Position numbers and translations under genes: made by a program
Notes under the pieces: generated by a model
The model's database searches: none
What the model saw: only the letters and a program-made list of their open reading frames with translations
What the model was told of the DNA's origin: nothing
Origin: Marsupella aquatica
Taxonomy: Eukaryota > Plantae > Marchantiophyta
Assembly: GCA_973895155.1 (NCBI GenBank)
Contig: OZ316896.1
Span: 12,566,549-12,630,548 of the forward strand
Reading direction: 5' to 3'
Length of the DNA stretch: 64,000 nucleotides
Shown here: positions 12,870 to 25,269 of the stretch, in pieces
How the letters are laid out: each line of letters opens with the position of its first letter
How positions within the stretch are numbered: the stretch's first letter is position 1

Positions 12870-15800
12870 TGATCTTCGGGTTTGGCATCCTTCCTTTTTC
12901 TTTCGTTAAGTACACTCGATCTTTTTGCTCTTGACAAAAACCTCAATTTAGATGCAACATGCTTCCCGAGGACTAGGTTTAGGAAGACTTTGTAATTCTA
13001 TCCTGTATACAAAGTCCTCCAGACAACAAGAGATTTGCCTAAAGCACAGTCAGTCACTTACTGTTTGGCATCCCCTATTTCACCAAAATATTTATTCCAA
13101 ATTGACAACAAGCATAAAAACTTGTCCCTATCAAGTCCATTTATTAGGCTTGCCATGAGCATATATAAAAGAGGAACAACTAAGCCTAGCTCACGACAAC
13201 ACTTTGCTTCTTTGAAAGCTCCACAGCTCAAGGTTAGCTTGTCCGCATATATAATTAATCACCAAGCCCAGTATCCCCAGACTCCAGGTGTTCATTCCTC
13301 TTGTACAGTTAAGTATTTGGCAAGTCTCAATCTGAAATGGGCATGATCATGAAGGACTGTGTGATTACATAATATCAATCTTCAACTTCCTGAACAATTC
13401 AAATACACCCCACAATCATTTTCCTTGTAAATTTGCTCTCCCGCTTGTCAAGCTTTTAAGCATCAATTTTTCACTGCATTCAAATTATGCGTATTTAATA
13501 GGACCAGCTCAAAGAAGCATTCTGTGTATTTTTATTGTAGATGTAGAAATTCAGTGCCTAAACTTTGAAAAAGATTCCCATTTGTGGAATCTCTTCCTTC
13601 CAGTAAGTTGAATATATCATGACCTACCATCAGATGTCTGCATACTTCAATTATCTCCAAAATTATGCCCCTCTCCAATGTTTCCTGCATGGCTTATAAT
13701 TTGGTACAACATATATTCAATCTTTTCCCAGGCAGCCATTTTGCGGAATTTCCACTTCAAGAGGCTTACTAGTGTGATGCAAATCTCCTCTTTCAGACTC
13801 GAGATTCATGAATTAAGTAAATACAAATTCTCTAAGCCATTACTCAAAAGCACTATAACCTTTTTATATTTTTTATTTTGACTAAAAAGTTAATCAAAAC
13901 ATTCCAATGACTTTACTCTGACTTGGACAGTTTGTATATTGTTGCTGAGAAAGCTGAGTGATGGAGAGCTATTTAAGCACTGGGTATATAGACTATTGAC
14001 TGACTATTGCGGCCCCAGTCTACCAGCATTGTTGTACTCACAAACATACATTATTGGAGTCTGTAATGTTTATATATATACACTTCAATCCAAGATGTAC
14101 TAGGTAGTGGATGGATCGATTTCCCAAATAACAATTTGAGTATGAAAGTTTCATCAGGAGGACCATATGTATGGATAAGTAGTTTGCCATTCCATATCCT
14201 GATAACCGAGTGCCCAAGTTGCAGCTATGAGTGTCAAATACTTCTGTGATATGCTCCAATATCTTTAGCGTTAATTAGCCATGTACTTTATTGGAATTTG
14301 GGACATCTAAGCATCAGCAGTGAGTTTACACAACAAGTTGTTTGTACGTGGAGTTTTCCAAGAACCAGGAGATTTTCACCCCCTTAGTGGTAGTTGGTGT
14401 TAGGCAACTCATTGTTTGGGTATCCATGGGCAGACTTATATTACTTACTAATATCAATGACTCCAAGAATGAACAACCCAATTAAGAGACTGTTAGATCT
14501 GTCTCAGCATGATATAAAAGGTGTAGATGATCAGTCACATTGCAACAGAATTTGGACAAAAGTCCTCTTAATTAATGGTTCAGTAGTGAGCCAAATTGAT
14601 GCTGTCTAAGAAAATACATTTGCAAGGGCAAAAAGGGGGGGGGGGTGATGAGGCACAGTTTTTGCCAGCTACAAACCCTTTTTAAAGGACCAGCCATCAT
14701 GTACTGTGCACCCAGTAGTCAAGAACCTTGAGGGTGCTATGCTGGGTTTGAGAAGGGCTGGCTGCTCTGAGGGTTCCTTGTACTGAGCTCCATAATTGTC
14801 CCTCAACCTTGATGCTATAAAAGGACTCACTGGTACAGTTTCAGTTGGGCAAGAAGTGCTCCTCCCCGGGCTCCTCCTGGCCAGTTCCAATGCACACATA
14901 TACTTGATAGAAAGAAAGTACCCATGCACTTGATCTGGAGTCTGGCATTTTTGTTGCCTGTTATCTTCCATGGTCATCATGAAGTCAGAGTAAGAATTAA
15001 AGTGGAGAAATCAGGGAAGAACTTTGTTCGATTTGTAGGTCAAAAGGATACGACAGATCTTTTTCTTCTTTATGTAAGTCAGAGGTTTGTCACATTTCAT
15101 GACTCTCTTTCTGGGCCAACATCCCTAATTGGGAACTATTCAGGATGTTACCACCATACTTCATATTAAGTTTGTATGGTACTGAAGAAACCAGGTGAGG
15201 TTCTTCAAGCGATCCAGTTTCTAGTGACTATCAGGTGTCATTTGACTTAGGGCCTATGGCCAGATTAGGTAGCTAGAGTCGGTGTATGGGTTGGTTCATC
15301 CGGCCCCTCCTGCAGTGCCTTGTGTGCCCCGTTCCCTTTTTTTTTTGCACGGGTTTTGCCTCAGTGTGGGGTATTGGTGGGGCTCTATCAATCTCCTCTT
15401 AAATTTGAAAAGAAGAAATAATCAGAAGAAGGAGGGATCCAGTTTTTGCTTGGCAACAAACTCATTGATGGTCACTCAGGGAACTTGCATGATATCCTCC
15501 TTATTGTACCCATCTGGAATTATCTCATCAAATTGGGGTGAGCCTGGCCATCTAATTAAGGAGGAGGAATATGGTCCCAGGCATTCTAGAGTTGATATAT
15601 GAGATTCACGAGCATTCCAAAAGAGCACATGGAAATATGCTTGACAACACTTCCGCTTGATAAGGCTTTTATTAACAATTCTTCCACTCAATGATAGTGT
15701 GCACAAGAATAGAGCTAGATTCTACATATTAATGATTTCAAAGCTAGATTCTACATAATAATGCCTTCAAAAACTAGTTGATTCAACTTCTACTATTGAG

Positions 15801-17598
15801 AACATCCGCAAATGCAGTCCCAAATTTCCGCTTTCCACTTTGTAGAATGTCGCAAGAATAATTGAAGATCGGCAAATCAGGTTGGCACAGCCTCGTCCAG
15901 TCTAGTTACACTTCGAGATACAAGACCTGACATAATTATATGTTGCTGTTGAGTACCTTTGGATCACAATCTCGTCTTAATCGACAAGAATGCAAACTGA
16001 TCACGTTGACTAGGAAAAAGGTTAATTGACTTAAATTGCTGGGATCACAGAATTACAAATCCAAGGGCAAGCAGTCGATCAAATCGATCAATTTCTGCCT
16101 CTGCAGAACAGTCAATATATCTGTCAATTTCTGCCTCTGCAGAACAGAAAGGCGAAGCTGTGGCCAGTGCAAGCCTCGTGGAAGAATAATGACACAGTGA
16201 CTATCTACCAATTTTTTTATGATAATTAGGTATTCTCAGACCTACAGTTGGTACTTAGCAAGACCTTATTCAACACCTGGGATCAGAAACAACAAACAGT
16301 ACATTTGTACCATACGAAAGACTAGTTGATCGATAGTGAAATGTCAACTACTTTAGAAAATCTGAGCTGCTGCTGATCGAGTTCATTGTACAATGCAAGC
16401 TTTGCGTCTGTCCAAGATCATGCTACGGTTCAATACACTTAGTTTTATCAGATCGAGTTTTTGATCTTCAGGATGGCACCCGATTGGCACCCGATTGGCA
16501 CCAGCAAAATAATGCCACCATCATCGTCCCACTTAGAATAAAGGTGGCTTCACAACACATTGCTTCTTTTATGCCCATCTGAGATTATATCTGGACCTAG
16601 TCTTGGGTACTAAAAGGATGATAGATCTTGAAAAAGTACCAAGTCCAGATTTGATTATGAGAGAATAAAAAGAAGCAGTGGGTCCTTATCTTGGGTACTA
16701 TAAGGATGGCTTTTCAATAAGCAGTGGGTCTTGAGATCAATTGGGACTTGGTACCTTTTCAAGATTTTCAAGACCTTAAATTGGGGTCCCATTTCCTCTT
16801 TTATTGTCTCATCAATGCAATCTGGAAACAGAAGAAGTATGATGTCTACCAATACTCCCATGACAAGGAATGGGGCTCAAATAAGTGCTTAATTTGACTA
16901 GAATTATAGACCACCCCCACAGGTGATCCAAACATTTCCAAACATGTACTCTTTGATTAAAGCATTTGCATTCTACGGGGCATATTAATTAACTTCATTT
17001 CAAAAAACTTTTGGTCTCTAATCTGTCTTGAGAAAGAGAAGTCCTCAAGTATTGTAAAGTCAACCTGTTATGCACAAGCCACGCCCCATCTACAGGAGTA
17101 CAACCAGGAACAGATACTACCGGTGTGTCCTGTTAGTACTACAGTTGCAGTTCAAGAGTTTAATGGACGTCCTTTTTCCGCCCTCTTGAACGGTAAGAAT
17201 TTACTGATGCGTAAATAAAAGTCTCATGGACCTCCTTCATAATATAATTCAAATAAGCACCCGAAGAGTTGTCTCCTGACACTTGACCTACCGTCTTCTC
17301 ATTGTAATTTTGAAGTTCTGACAATTGGATCTGACCAATTGTAGCTGTTAAACCGGTCAGTTGAAAATGGGTGCCCTTAGGTAGTCCTGAATTAATACTT
17401 GAAATACCCATTAAGACAAGTCAATGGCACCTCATAATAATTCACCACGAAACTCAACCTCGAGGCTCATTAAGAGCCTCCGGACCTACTTAGCTGCCCG
17501 CATACAAGCCCGGGCGAGTAGAAAAAATTCAACGGTCAAGAGGGTGTGAATGAACCCCACTTTTGCATGGGGTGATTGATAAAATTAAAGCTTCCTTT

Positions 17599-17660
17599 GC
17601 TAGGAGAATTCGGACCCGAGACCTCCCCTACCCCACTGAGCACCTCTACCATGTAGCCTA
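17599..17660 (-). mobile_element. tRNA-derived SINE-like head within an insertion (about 17450-17780) in the ABCG pseudogene
   Basis: The minus strand reads taggctacatggtagag...ggtctcgggtccgaattctcc, with A-box-like and B-box-like Pol III motifs. No full cloverleaf. Confidence 0.45.
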
Positions 17661-19288
17661 TAGGCAGCTGGTGATCACAGTGCATTGCACCACATATTTA
17701 ACCCTATTCTCACGTCACGGGAAGTAGGCAGCAGGCACCTTAGTACGGGCTAATGTCATTGATTAGCCTCGATTTCGAGTCTTGTCCCATTCATAATATT
17801 TGTAGGAGACCGTCTTGATGGACACTCAGAATGATAAATGTTCTTTGATAGATTCCCTGATGAAGCGATCAGATCATTGATAGACCTTAAAGCTAGGTAC
17901 CCAAAATCTCACGGGTACACCAAGTAACATTTTCAATCTAGGGGTATCAAGTATATCTCTCCAGGACAGCTCCCTGCTCATGTTGGAGACACTAAATATA
18001 TATTGCACTAGGTGACAAGCTCAACAGTACAAATCACCTTCCTTGTGCGGGAAGGGCACTTTGCAAGTCATTTTTAGCTTTGTGTTTATCCTGGCAGTGA
18101 CGCATTGTGAGTAATGTACATGTAGAGTATATTTACTCATGTAAAATCTGGATATTATTGTAATTACCTTACCATACAAGGGTAGCAGAATTACCCCAAT
18201 GAAACCAAATAATGCAGATTTGAGACAAAATAGATTGAATCCAGAAAACGAATTTCCATGGACTGCAAGGTTCACTTGGTCTTTCCGACTAGGCATGCAC
18301 ACCTGTGTGGTAGCTCACTTGAGTGAAGAGTGATAGGTCTTGGGTTTCAATTGTTATGACTGACTGTTCCCTTCCTATGGCGTTTCACAGATTTCCCTTT
18401 AAACTTATAAAAAATAAAGTTGGTCTTTTAAGACCCCCATAGACCACATTTCCCAAAAATTAAGTTTAATTGTAATAACTTGATGCTCATAAATTCAATT
18501 TATTTGTTAGTTTTGAGAGTGTGCTAGAGGAGTAGATAAGGTACACGTCCATCAAAGTGAGAGTGAATTTTTTGGATTTTGGTTAAGTTATTCATCATGG
18601 TATGCGGAGGGGTACATTCTATCAGATTAATTTTCATTGTGTTAATATGGAATATTAATTAGGGCTTGTGATTTTTTTATGTCTCCTCCTTCTCTAGTTG
18701 CCATTGCAGATGAAAAACTAAAGATTATATCAAGACTCTTAATCATTTAGTTATAAGCCCCAAATTCACATGGATCACTAAAATGTGGTCCACGGAAGCA
18801 TGGTGTCTAATATGGTGGTCCATCCACGCTTCACTTTCTTGACTCCATGTGCAGCATTTGCCATCATCTATAAGTTTCAACAGTGCATAAGCCCTGACAG
18901 CGTCATCAAGCACTAATGTATGTTGCCCTATAACACACTTCTGGTCAGAATGAACAGAAAATTTGTTTTTTTCTTGCTCCAAATGATCCCTTCACTTTTA
19001 CAGCATCCCTGTCTGTTGCGGGGAATGCCTGAGTGGATGGTAACATCTTTAGCAAGAGGCACTTGTCATCTTTCTTTTTCAGCTCCCACCTGGCCGAGCT
19101 ACAGTAGGCTTGCCAGAGGGTGCCTCCTGTGCGCCTAAACTGGCGAGTTGGGGCGTGCATTAGCTGCCCCTACCCAGCCTCGCCAAACTGCAAGGACGGC
19201 ACAGATCATCCCATCTCAAGACATGCGGACGGCCATGGCAAAACTGGAATCGGTAGAAACCAGCATTGTGTGCAATGGACTGCACACC

Positions 19289-19681
19289 CGTTTTGACCCT
19301 GCCCGTCAAATTGGCCGATTTTCCCCGTCAAACTGTCAACCAGGTCGCCTGGTCTCCCGGAGTTGGGGTCGGTCTGGGTGTGAGGGTCGACCCAGACTGG
19401 CCCGGGCCAGGTTCAGGCCAGGTGTTTAGTGGGTTTGGGATGGGTTTGGGAGGCCGGGGAGGAGTTCGGGAGGGGTTCGGAAGGCCGGGTCCAGGCCGGG
19501 TTTGGGTGGGCTGGGGCGGGGTCTGGGGAGAGTCCGGGCAGGTCGGGAGCCGGGTTGGGTTGGGAGTCCGGGAGAGTCCAGGGAAATACCGGGGAATGTA
19601 CGTCAAACTGACCATTTTGGGGCTGTCATTTGACAGTTGTACTTGCCCAGCAAGGTGTCAACTTGCCCGTAAGGTTAAACC
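19289..19681. mobile_element. Non-autonomous insertion with G-rich core, imperfect terminal inverted repeats and 13-bp flanking direct repeat
   Basis: tggactgcacacc occurs at 19276-19288 and 19682-19694. The ends are cgttttgaccct... and ...aaggttaaacc. The core at 19360-19600 is rich in GGG runs. Confidence 0.65.
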
Positions 19682-20619
19682 TGGACTGCACACCTACTCC
19701 ATGTGATTTGGGTGGGCCATCATTTTGGTGCAAACTGCCATAGACAAGAGACCTGTGACCTGTCTCTAACCTTGTGAAAGAGGAGGATGCTAGGCTAGGA
19801 AAAGCGTGCTTGGGTTTGCCCTTATTATCAGGAGACTTTTCTGGCCTAAGTGGATCATGTCATTGTTCGTCAATAGAAGATACCAGAACATTTGACATAC
19901 CATGAAAATTACTTTGATAGCCGAGGCCTCACAGCTTCGATACCCTGCATTTAGTTCTGTGTAGGAGCTTCTTAATGAATCAGCAGGAATAGACTGAAGT
20001 ATCACACTTTCCTTGATATATGTTGACGAGCTGATCACGATTTTCGCGTTAGGTCTCTGGCTTTCATATAGTGGTTTCATAGCCAAGGATCTATTCCCAT
20101 GAGCTCACAGTCGTGTAGATCGTGTTGGAAACATTGTATAATCCTTCAATACTACCTCGTTGATGAAAACATCTCCACTATGTTAGGCTTGCTCCTGAGT
20201 CAATCGGCGTGCTAAATGTTGTGAGAGCATTTCAGTGGTGAGGTGTTTATGCATTGACGTGGCCCTTGAGATTTATTTCTTTGCCCATAGATAATTGGAT
20301 TGCAATGATCGATCTAGACATATCCACGTTGACTTGTTGAATCTATACAGTAGCTTTAATTCCCCTGCCCATTTCAGATCCACGCATCTTGACATTGTAA
20401 TGAAAGTAGGTGGATTTGATGACCTGATTGCGATTTGTTCTGCATTGAAATAATGGACACAGTTCATGGACTCTCGCCTATTCTTGCCTTTCGACTTACG
20501 TTCAAAATGTTCGTCAAGGTTCTCGCTCAGCCATTTTGGACACCTTTCGCCATGGTTGGTTCAAGGCTGTTCATCTGTTCTGTATCTTCATCAGTTCTCC
20601 ATAGCACTCAGCTTAATTG

Positions 20620-23600
20620 TCTGTTGAAGAAGAACAAACGCTCCATGAAAGTGGCTGGGTCCCTTTAGAGGCATTATTATACTCTACATCGTTTAGGCTG
20701 ATCACTTGACATAACCAAATCTTGCCGACAACTTGTCAGACACGGACAGAGTAACATGTACCAAACCGAGACAAATATCTTATCGCAGGTCAAATGCTTT
20801 ACTGACAATCGAAAGCATCAAAATCATGCCCAGTTACTTAGAATCACCGCTTCGGTCGAATTCCTGTGCAGGAGCCTCCGACAATCTAGCTGGATTAAAG
20901 CTGGACACCTATGGTGCTTTGATTCCTGGTAGTAGTTGCAGCGAACAGATCCACGAAAAGGTGCATTAACTAGCCCATTGTACGAAACGCCCACAATACG
21001 TACTGTGCTGTACCGAAGAATCGAAGATCAAGTCCTAGTTACTATAGGGTTGATATATTCACACATCGATTGTCGATGCACCTATGTATCGTAAGCAAGG
21101 AAGCCAGTCTCAAATCCGATTTACCTTTCCCGATTTGAGCGTTTTGAATTACAATACAAGCGTCGTTATTGTTTTGAACACTTTACAATAGAAATCTTCG
21201 GAGATCCATCATCTGAACGGGGTTGGCGTAGGAAGTCACGGCTGAAGATCGAACTGTTGCAAGTTCTTAAAGTATATATGTACAATACAAACACATGTCT
21301 ATGGTCATTCATGAGGAAAGAATGGAAAAGCGAAAATGCCTTCCACCTGATTTTACATATAGTTTGACGACAATTCACTTCTGGCAACAGAGATATATTG
21401 GTAGCCCGAAAGTACATCCAGCTTTCGTCTGGGTTTTGGTCCCGTTCCCCTGGATACACCAAGAAGAATACAAAAATCATCGGATTCCTAGCTGCCTTGA
21501 ACGGACATAACTATACACGCAGGGTGGACTGCATGTGCCCGCTACTTCTCTCTCATTATTATTATAATCGTTATTATTATACCTTCCCATTGGACGGTAC
21601 CGTAAGACGAATGCCGACTGGTACATACTATAGACATGCAAGTTACTGTTCAAGTGGATTAGTAAATGCACTGCTCGAGATCTGTCAGAAATCCAGTACC
21701 GGTACGTACGTTCAGAGTCCTTCGGGTCTGGAGCTGCATGTCTTTACTTTCCTCACCGGCTATAATTATATTTCCCTCGATGAATACCTGTGCGGCTATG
21801 CATTTCTTTCGATCGATTCTGTCCATCATGACTGCATTGCGGTCCTCTTATCAACCTTCTGCTGGTTTGCCTTGAAAAAAAGCATTACTGAACAATAAAG
21901 TTTCAAATCAACTCTCACCTTGTGCTGAATTGTATTCATTCCTTGTGGTGTAGGTTTCTGTCCGGAAGTACCATCCTCCTTTCAATCCCAGTGTCAATGT
22001 CAGTGTCAGTTTCTTTTCGCGAAATGTACAAGACTTCCTTCCATTTTGGCAAATTGCTCGATTATGGTGGACAGTTCGTGAAAAGCCTTGATACGATGGA
22101 ACACAGCCCAAACTGTGGCCCGGTTATGGACATGGACATTGGCTGTTTGGCTGTGGACATTATATAATGCTCGTGAGTTTTGAGGCTAGTGGCAACCCGG
22201 CCGGGGTACCGTGCCCTGGGACAGCCTTTTGTATACTCCCCTATCGGAATTTGATTGAGGGCCCTGAGATATGGCATGGGCAACTAGTAAGATCCACTAT
22301 CCCTTTGCAACAGTGAGCCAGTTTATAGATTTCTTACTTTAGTAGTAAACCACCACAGTAAGAAGCTGAATTTTCTGGACTGCACCTTGTTTCATTCGTC
22401 TACTGTCGAAACCCGGATATTGCTGAGGTCCTGAGCACATCACCGATGGCCGACCCACAACCAACTTTTTCGACATGATCTCGATCAAAACGTTTAGAGG
22501 GAATGGGGATTTCTCAAGAATGACCAATGTGGTCTTCTTGAGCTCATTCTCCCGTTACTTTATTTGGCTGTGTCAAGTTCTGTGTCTTCCTTTACTTCCA
22601 TTAAGTCGTGGAAGTAAAACGTTCGACCACGCTCGTCACCGGGATACATGTTAATGAGACTCTCCACACCACTCAGCATGAGTCACGAAAGTCTGGAATT
22701 ATATTCGATAATTAAAAGCCGAGTTAAAACCATATAAGTCGCGAATATTTTATGAGTACGTCCAACATGCTCTGAATGGTCCTAATTGGAAAGTTTATTC
22801 CTCTCCAGAAGTGAATGAAGATTGTTTGAAGGACCACCTGTGGGGAAGCTGGTCATCTCTGTGGGCATGACTCATGGTTTGCCTTCGTCAGTGTCCAACA
22901 GGGCATTTATGCGCTGTCATATCTTTGGTTCAAGTGGGGCTTGGGGGATAGTACGTGCCGAGCCAATAGCAGAGGAGACTGCAGTGAAAGACATTGGTTA
23001 CCCATATCTCGAATTGCGTCCACGTGAGGAAGGAAGCTTTCTCCCTCCGAAATACATATACAATCCTTTCTTGAAAAACATCTCATGCGTCACAATCGAA
23101 AGAGCATCCACGGAACGCAAAAATAATTCATGTCAACTTGCACGTCATCTTACTACATAGGCATTCTTTTCTGCACAACCAATCTAAACAGAACGTCATG
23201 CCTTTCAGACGTTTGTCGAAAATTCATCGATCGTCGAATAAAATGAGAAATAAGTGATTGGTATAAGAAAACGAGTATGTATTTGGAACGTCATGCGTTT
23301 CAAACTTTTTGTTGCGATTCATCGGTCGTCAAAGAAATGAAAAGTGGTACCAGTAACCGAATTTGTAATCCACCAATGGCACTCGTGGAAAGAATTACCA
23401 GTCCGAGTTCAATCCTCCCTCCACACACACATAAGGGATTCAATCCTCCCTCGACACACACATAAGGGGTTCAATCGGACCTCCCTCCACACATAAATAA
23501 GGGATTCAATCCTCCCTCCACACATAAAGAAGGGATTCAATCCTCCCTCCACACACACATAAGGGGTTCAATCGGACCTCCCTCCACACATAAGGGGTGT

Positions 23601-24860
23601 GGAGGGTATATGTGTGTGGTGTAGTGGTGAGATTATTATCTTCTCAGCCCTAGCCCTGTTGTCCATTTTGGGTTCTGGTTAATTACCAGCCAGGTTCAAT
23701 CCTCCTTCCACACATAAAAGGAGTGTGGAGAATCTCTATATATAAGGGGTCTGGGGTATGTGGTGTAGTGGTGGGAGTATTGATTATCTTTTCAGTCCTG
23801 GTTGCCCATTTTGGGTTCTGGTTTAATACTCTCTCCTTGTGATCTTGGTTCTGGTTGCCCATTTTGGGTTCTGGTTTAATCCTCTCTCCTTGTGATCTTG
23901 GTCATGTGGGATCTTTGAATATTGTCCCCTTGTGATTACCCTGAATGGAAATGCTCCAAATGCATGCTCCAAAACAAGATCTTTGGGTATTGTCCCCTTG
24001 TGGTTACCAAAGCAGAAAGTCTATCCTTGATGGGCCTGGTTACCAAAGCAGAAAGTCTATCCTTGATGGGCCTAGTAGAAGTCTATCCTTGATGGGCCTA
24101 GGTTTTCAAGGGAAAAAAAACAGAATCAGGACCGGGTAAACTTGCAGGAATTGAGGGGCGGAAACTCTATTTCGCTGTCCTTCAAGCGTGGAACGAAAAG
24201 CGATGAAGGTACAACTAAAATCAGACCCCGGAAAGTGATACCGTTAAGAAGAACGGCAGAAGAATACAGACAGTTGAAAGTCAGAAGAGTGGACCAAGCA
24301 AAGACCAAGAAAGCGACCTCTCGAAAACTGAAAGCAGAATTCGTAGGTTAAACCGGTGTAAGTATGGTTGAAATTGTGGGCATCAGGCTGACCCAAATTG
24401 TGGCCCTCGCCTGAACAGCTTCGTACTTTACCAACGACATGAACATCCCCTTCGTTGAACTCAATCTCGTACATCTAATTATTAAACTTGTGATCTCCCT
24501 CAGAGAAGAAGGCACCTTGACAGACTTAAACTTTCTTCAAGCTCAAAGCTGAGTGAGCTCTCGAGATTGACAGCTCCCAACATGCCGCCCTTCAAAGTGT
24601 CTCCCTGCAATTAGGTGATGACTGTCTCCCTCCAAAATGTCCTTTTAACTACGTACTTACCTGGGTCCGCGATGGATGATGGACGACAATTAATTGGTTA
24701 GAGTCCAGCCGGAGCATCCTTCCATCATTCCATGTTTTGCTAACCAAGTCATGAACAGTCACTCCCCAAGGATTCTGAAAATGACATGAACGGCGGAATC
24801 TAACGTCGTGCAAAATGAATAAGTCTCGTCACCAAAATGAATGCACATTTGCACACAATT
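20620..24860 (-). repeat. Left arm (non-coding part) of a large inverted duplication; mirror of about 29870-33500
   Basis: Reverse-complement matches by eye: ataaccaaatcttgccgaca (20711) vs tgtcggcaagacttggttat (about 33400); ctagctggattaaagctgg (20886) vs ccagctttaatccagctag (33173); ctcgagatctgtcagaaat (21674) vs atttctgacagatctcgag (32341); gctcgtgagttt (22169) vs aaactcacgagc (31942); agcaaagaccaagaaagcgacc (24297) vs ggtcgctttcttggtctttgct (30662); tcgtcaccaaaatgaatg (24826) vs cattcatttcggtgacga (29876). Confidence 0.88.
23400..24110 (+). repeat. Composite insertion of short tandem repeats with a tRNA/SINE-like core
   Basis: About six copies of ggg(a/g)ttcaatcctccctccacaca..cataa (23405-23595). 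Two copies of gtgtggtgtagtggtg (A-box-like). A roughly 51-bp duplication (about 23797-23902) and a 36-bp duplication ggttaccaaagcagaaagtctatccttgatgggcct (24002-24073). No counterpart seen in the right arm. Confidence 0.75.
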
Positions 24861-25269
24861 AATGCAAGCCTCTCTGAGTTGGCATTCGTGTCTTCGACAT
24901 ATGTGATTTTTTTCGATCTGGACCACCTAAACGTTTCAGCTGATCATTCGAGAAAACTTCTTTGAAACGATCATGCAGGATCAAATCTATCTGTTCAGTC
25001 AATGCACAATCACGATTTCCGTTCGAACGAGAAGTCACCACTGCGTACTTCGATCAAATTTCCTATCCGACAATATGAGAACGTGGTGGTCGGGAAAGTT
25101 GGTCTTCATCTACCTTCCAAAGAATGTCTTTTTCTCTTGGTACAGATCTCTGAGAACAACGAGCTTTTGTCTTAAATACTTTGTTCTTGAAAGCTGACAA
25201 AGTAGGAGACGGTCAAAATAAAACCCATGGGAGGATAGCAGCCCTTTTCTTGTGTGCGAAAGTTCAGTA

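Larger units (their letters stand above)
16150..19730 (-). pseudogene. Highly decayed ABCG half-transporter pseudogene, an inverted copy of 37372-39798, interrupted by several insertions
   Basis: Colinear minus-strand relics versus the intact gene: atgtcttgagatg (19212-19224) vs atgtcttcagatg (37567); tctggcaag (19109) vs 37606; KCCT (18848-18859) vs KYCT; Walker A relic PS/GKTK*TL (18263-18293) vs PSGAGKSTIL; ILSVHQ (17815-17832) vs ILSIHQ; QDRL (17019-17030) vs QDRL; MMVALF (16507-16524) vs FMGAFF; ALYNEL (16379-16396) vs ALLLNEF; SQVLNK (16265-16282) vs SEVLNN. It carries many stops and frameshifts. Confidence 0.7.

Noticed and set aside
19266-19706. Gly-rich (+) and Pro-rich (-) ORFs
   Set aside because: They are by-products of the G-skewed, stop-poor core of an insertion.
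23400-23600. CRISPR-like repeat-spacer array (also considered for 25270-26450)
   Set aside because: Eukaryotic context, no unique spacers, degenerate units and no cas genes.
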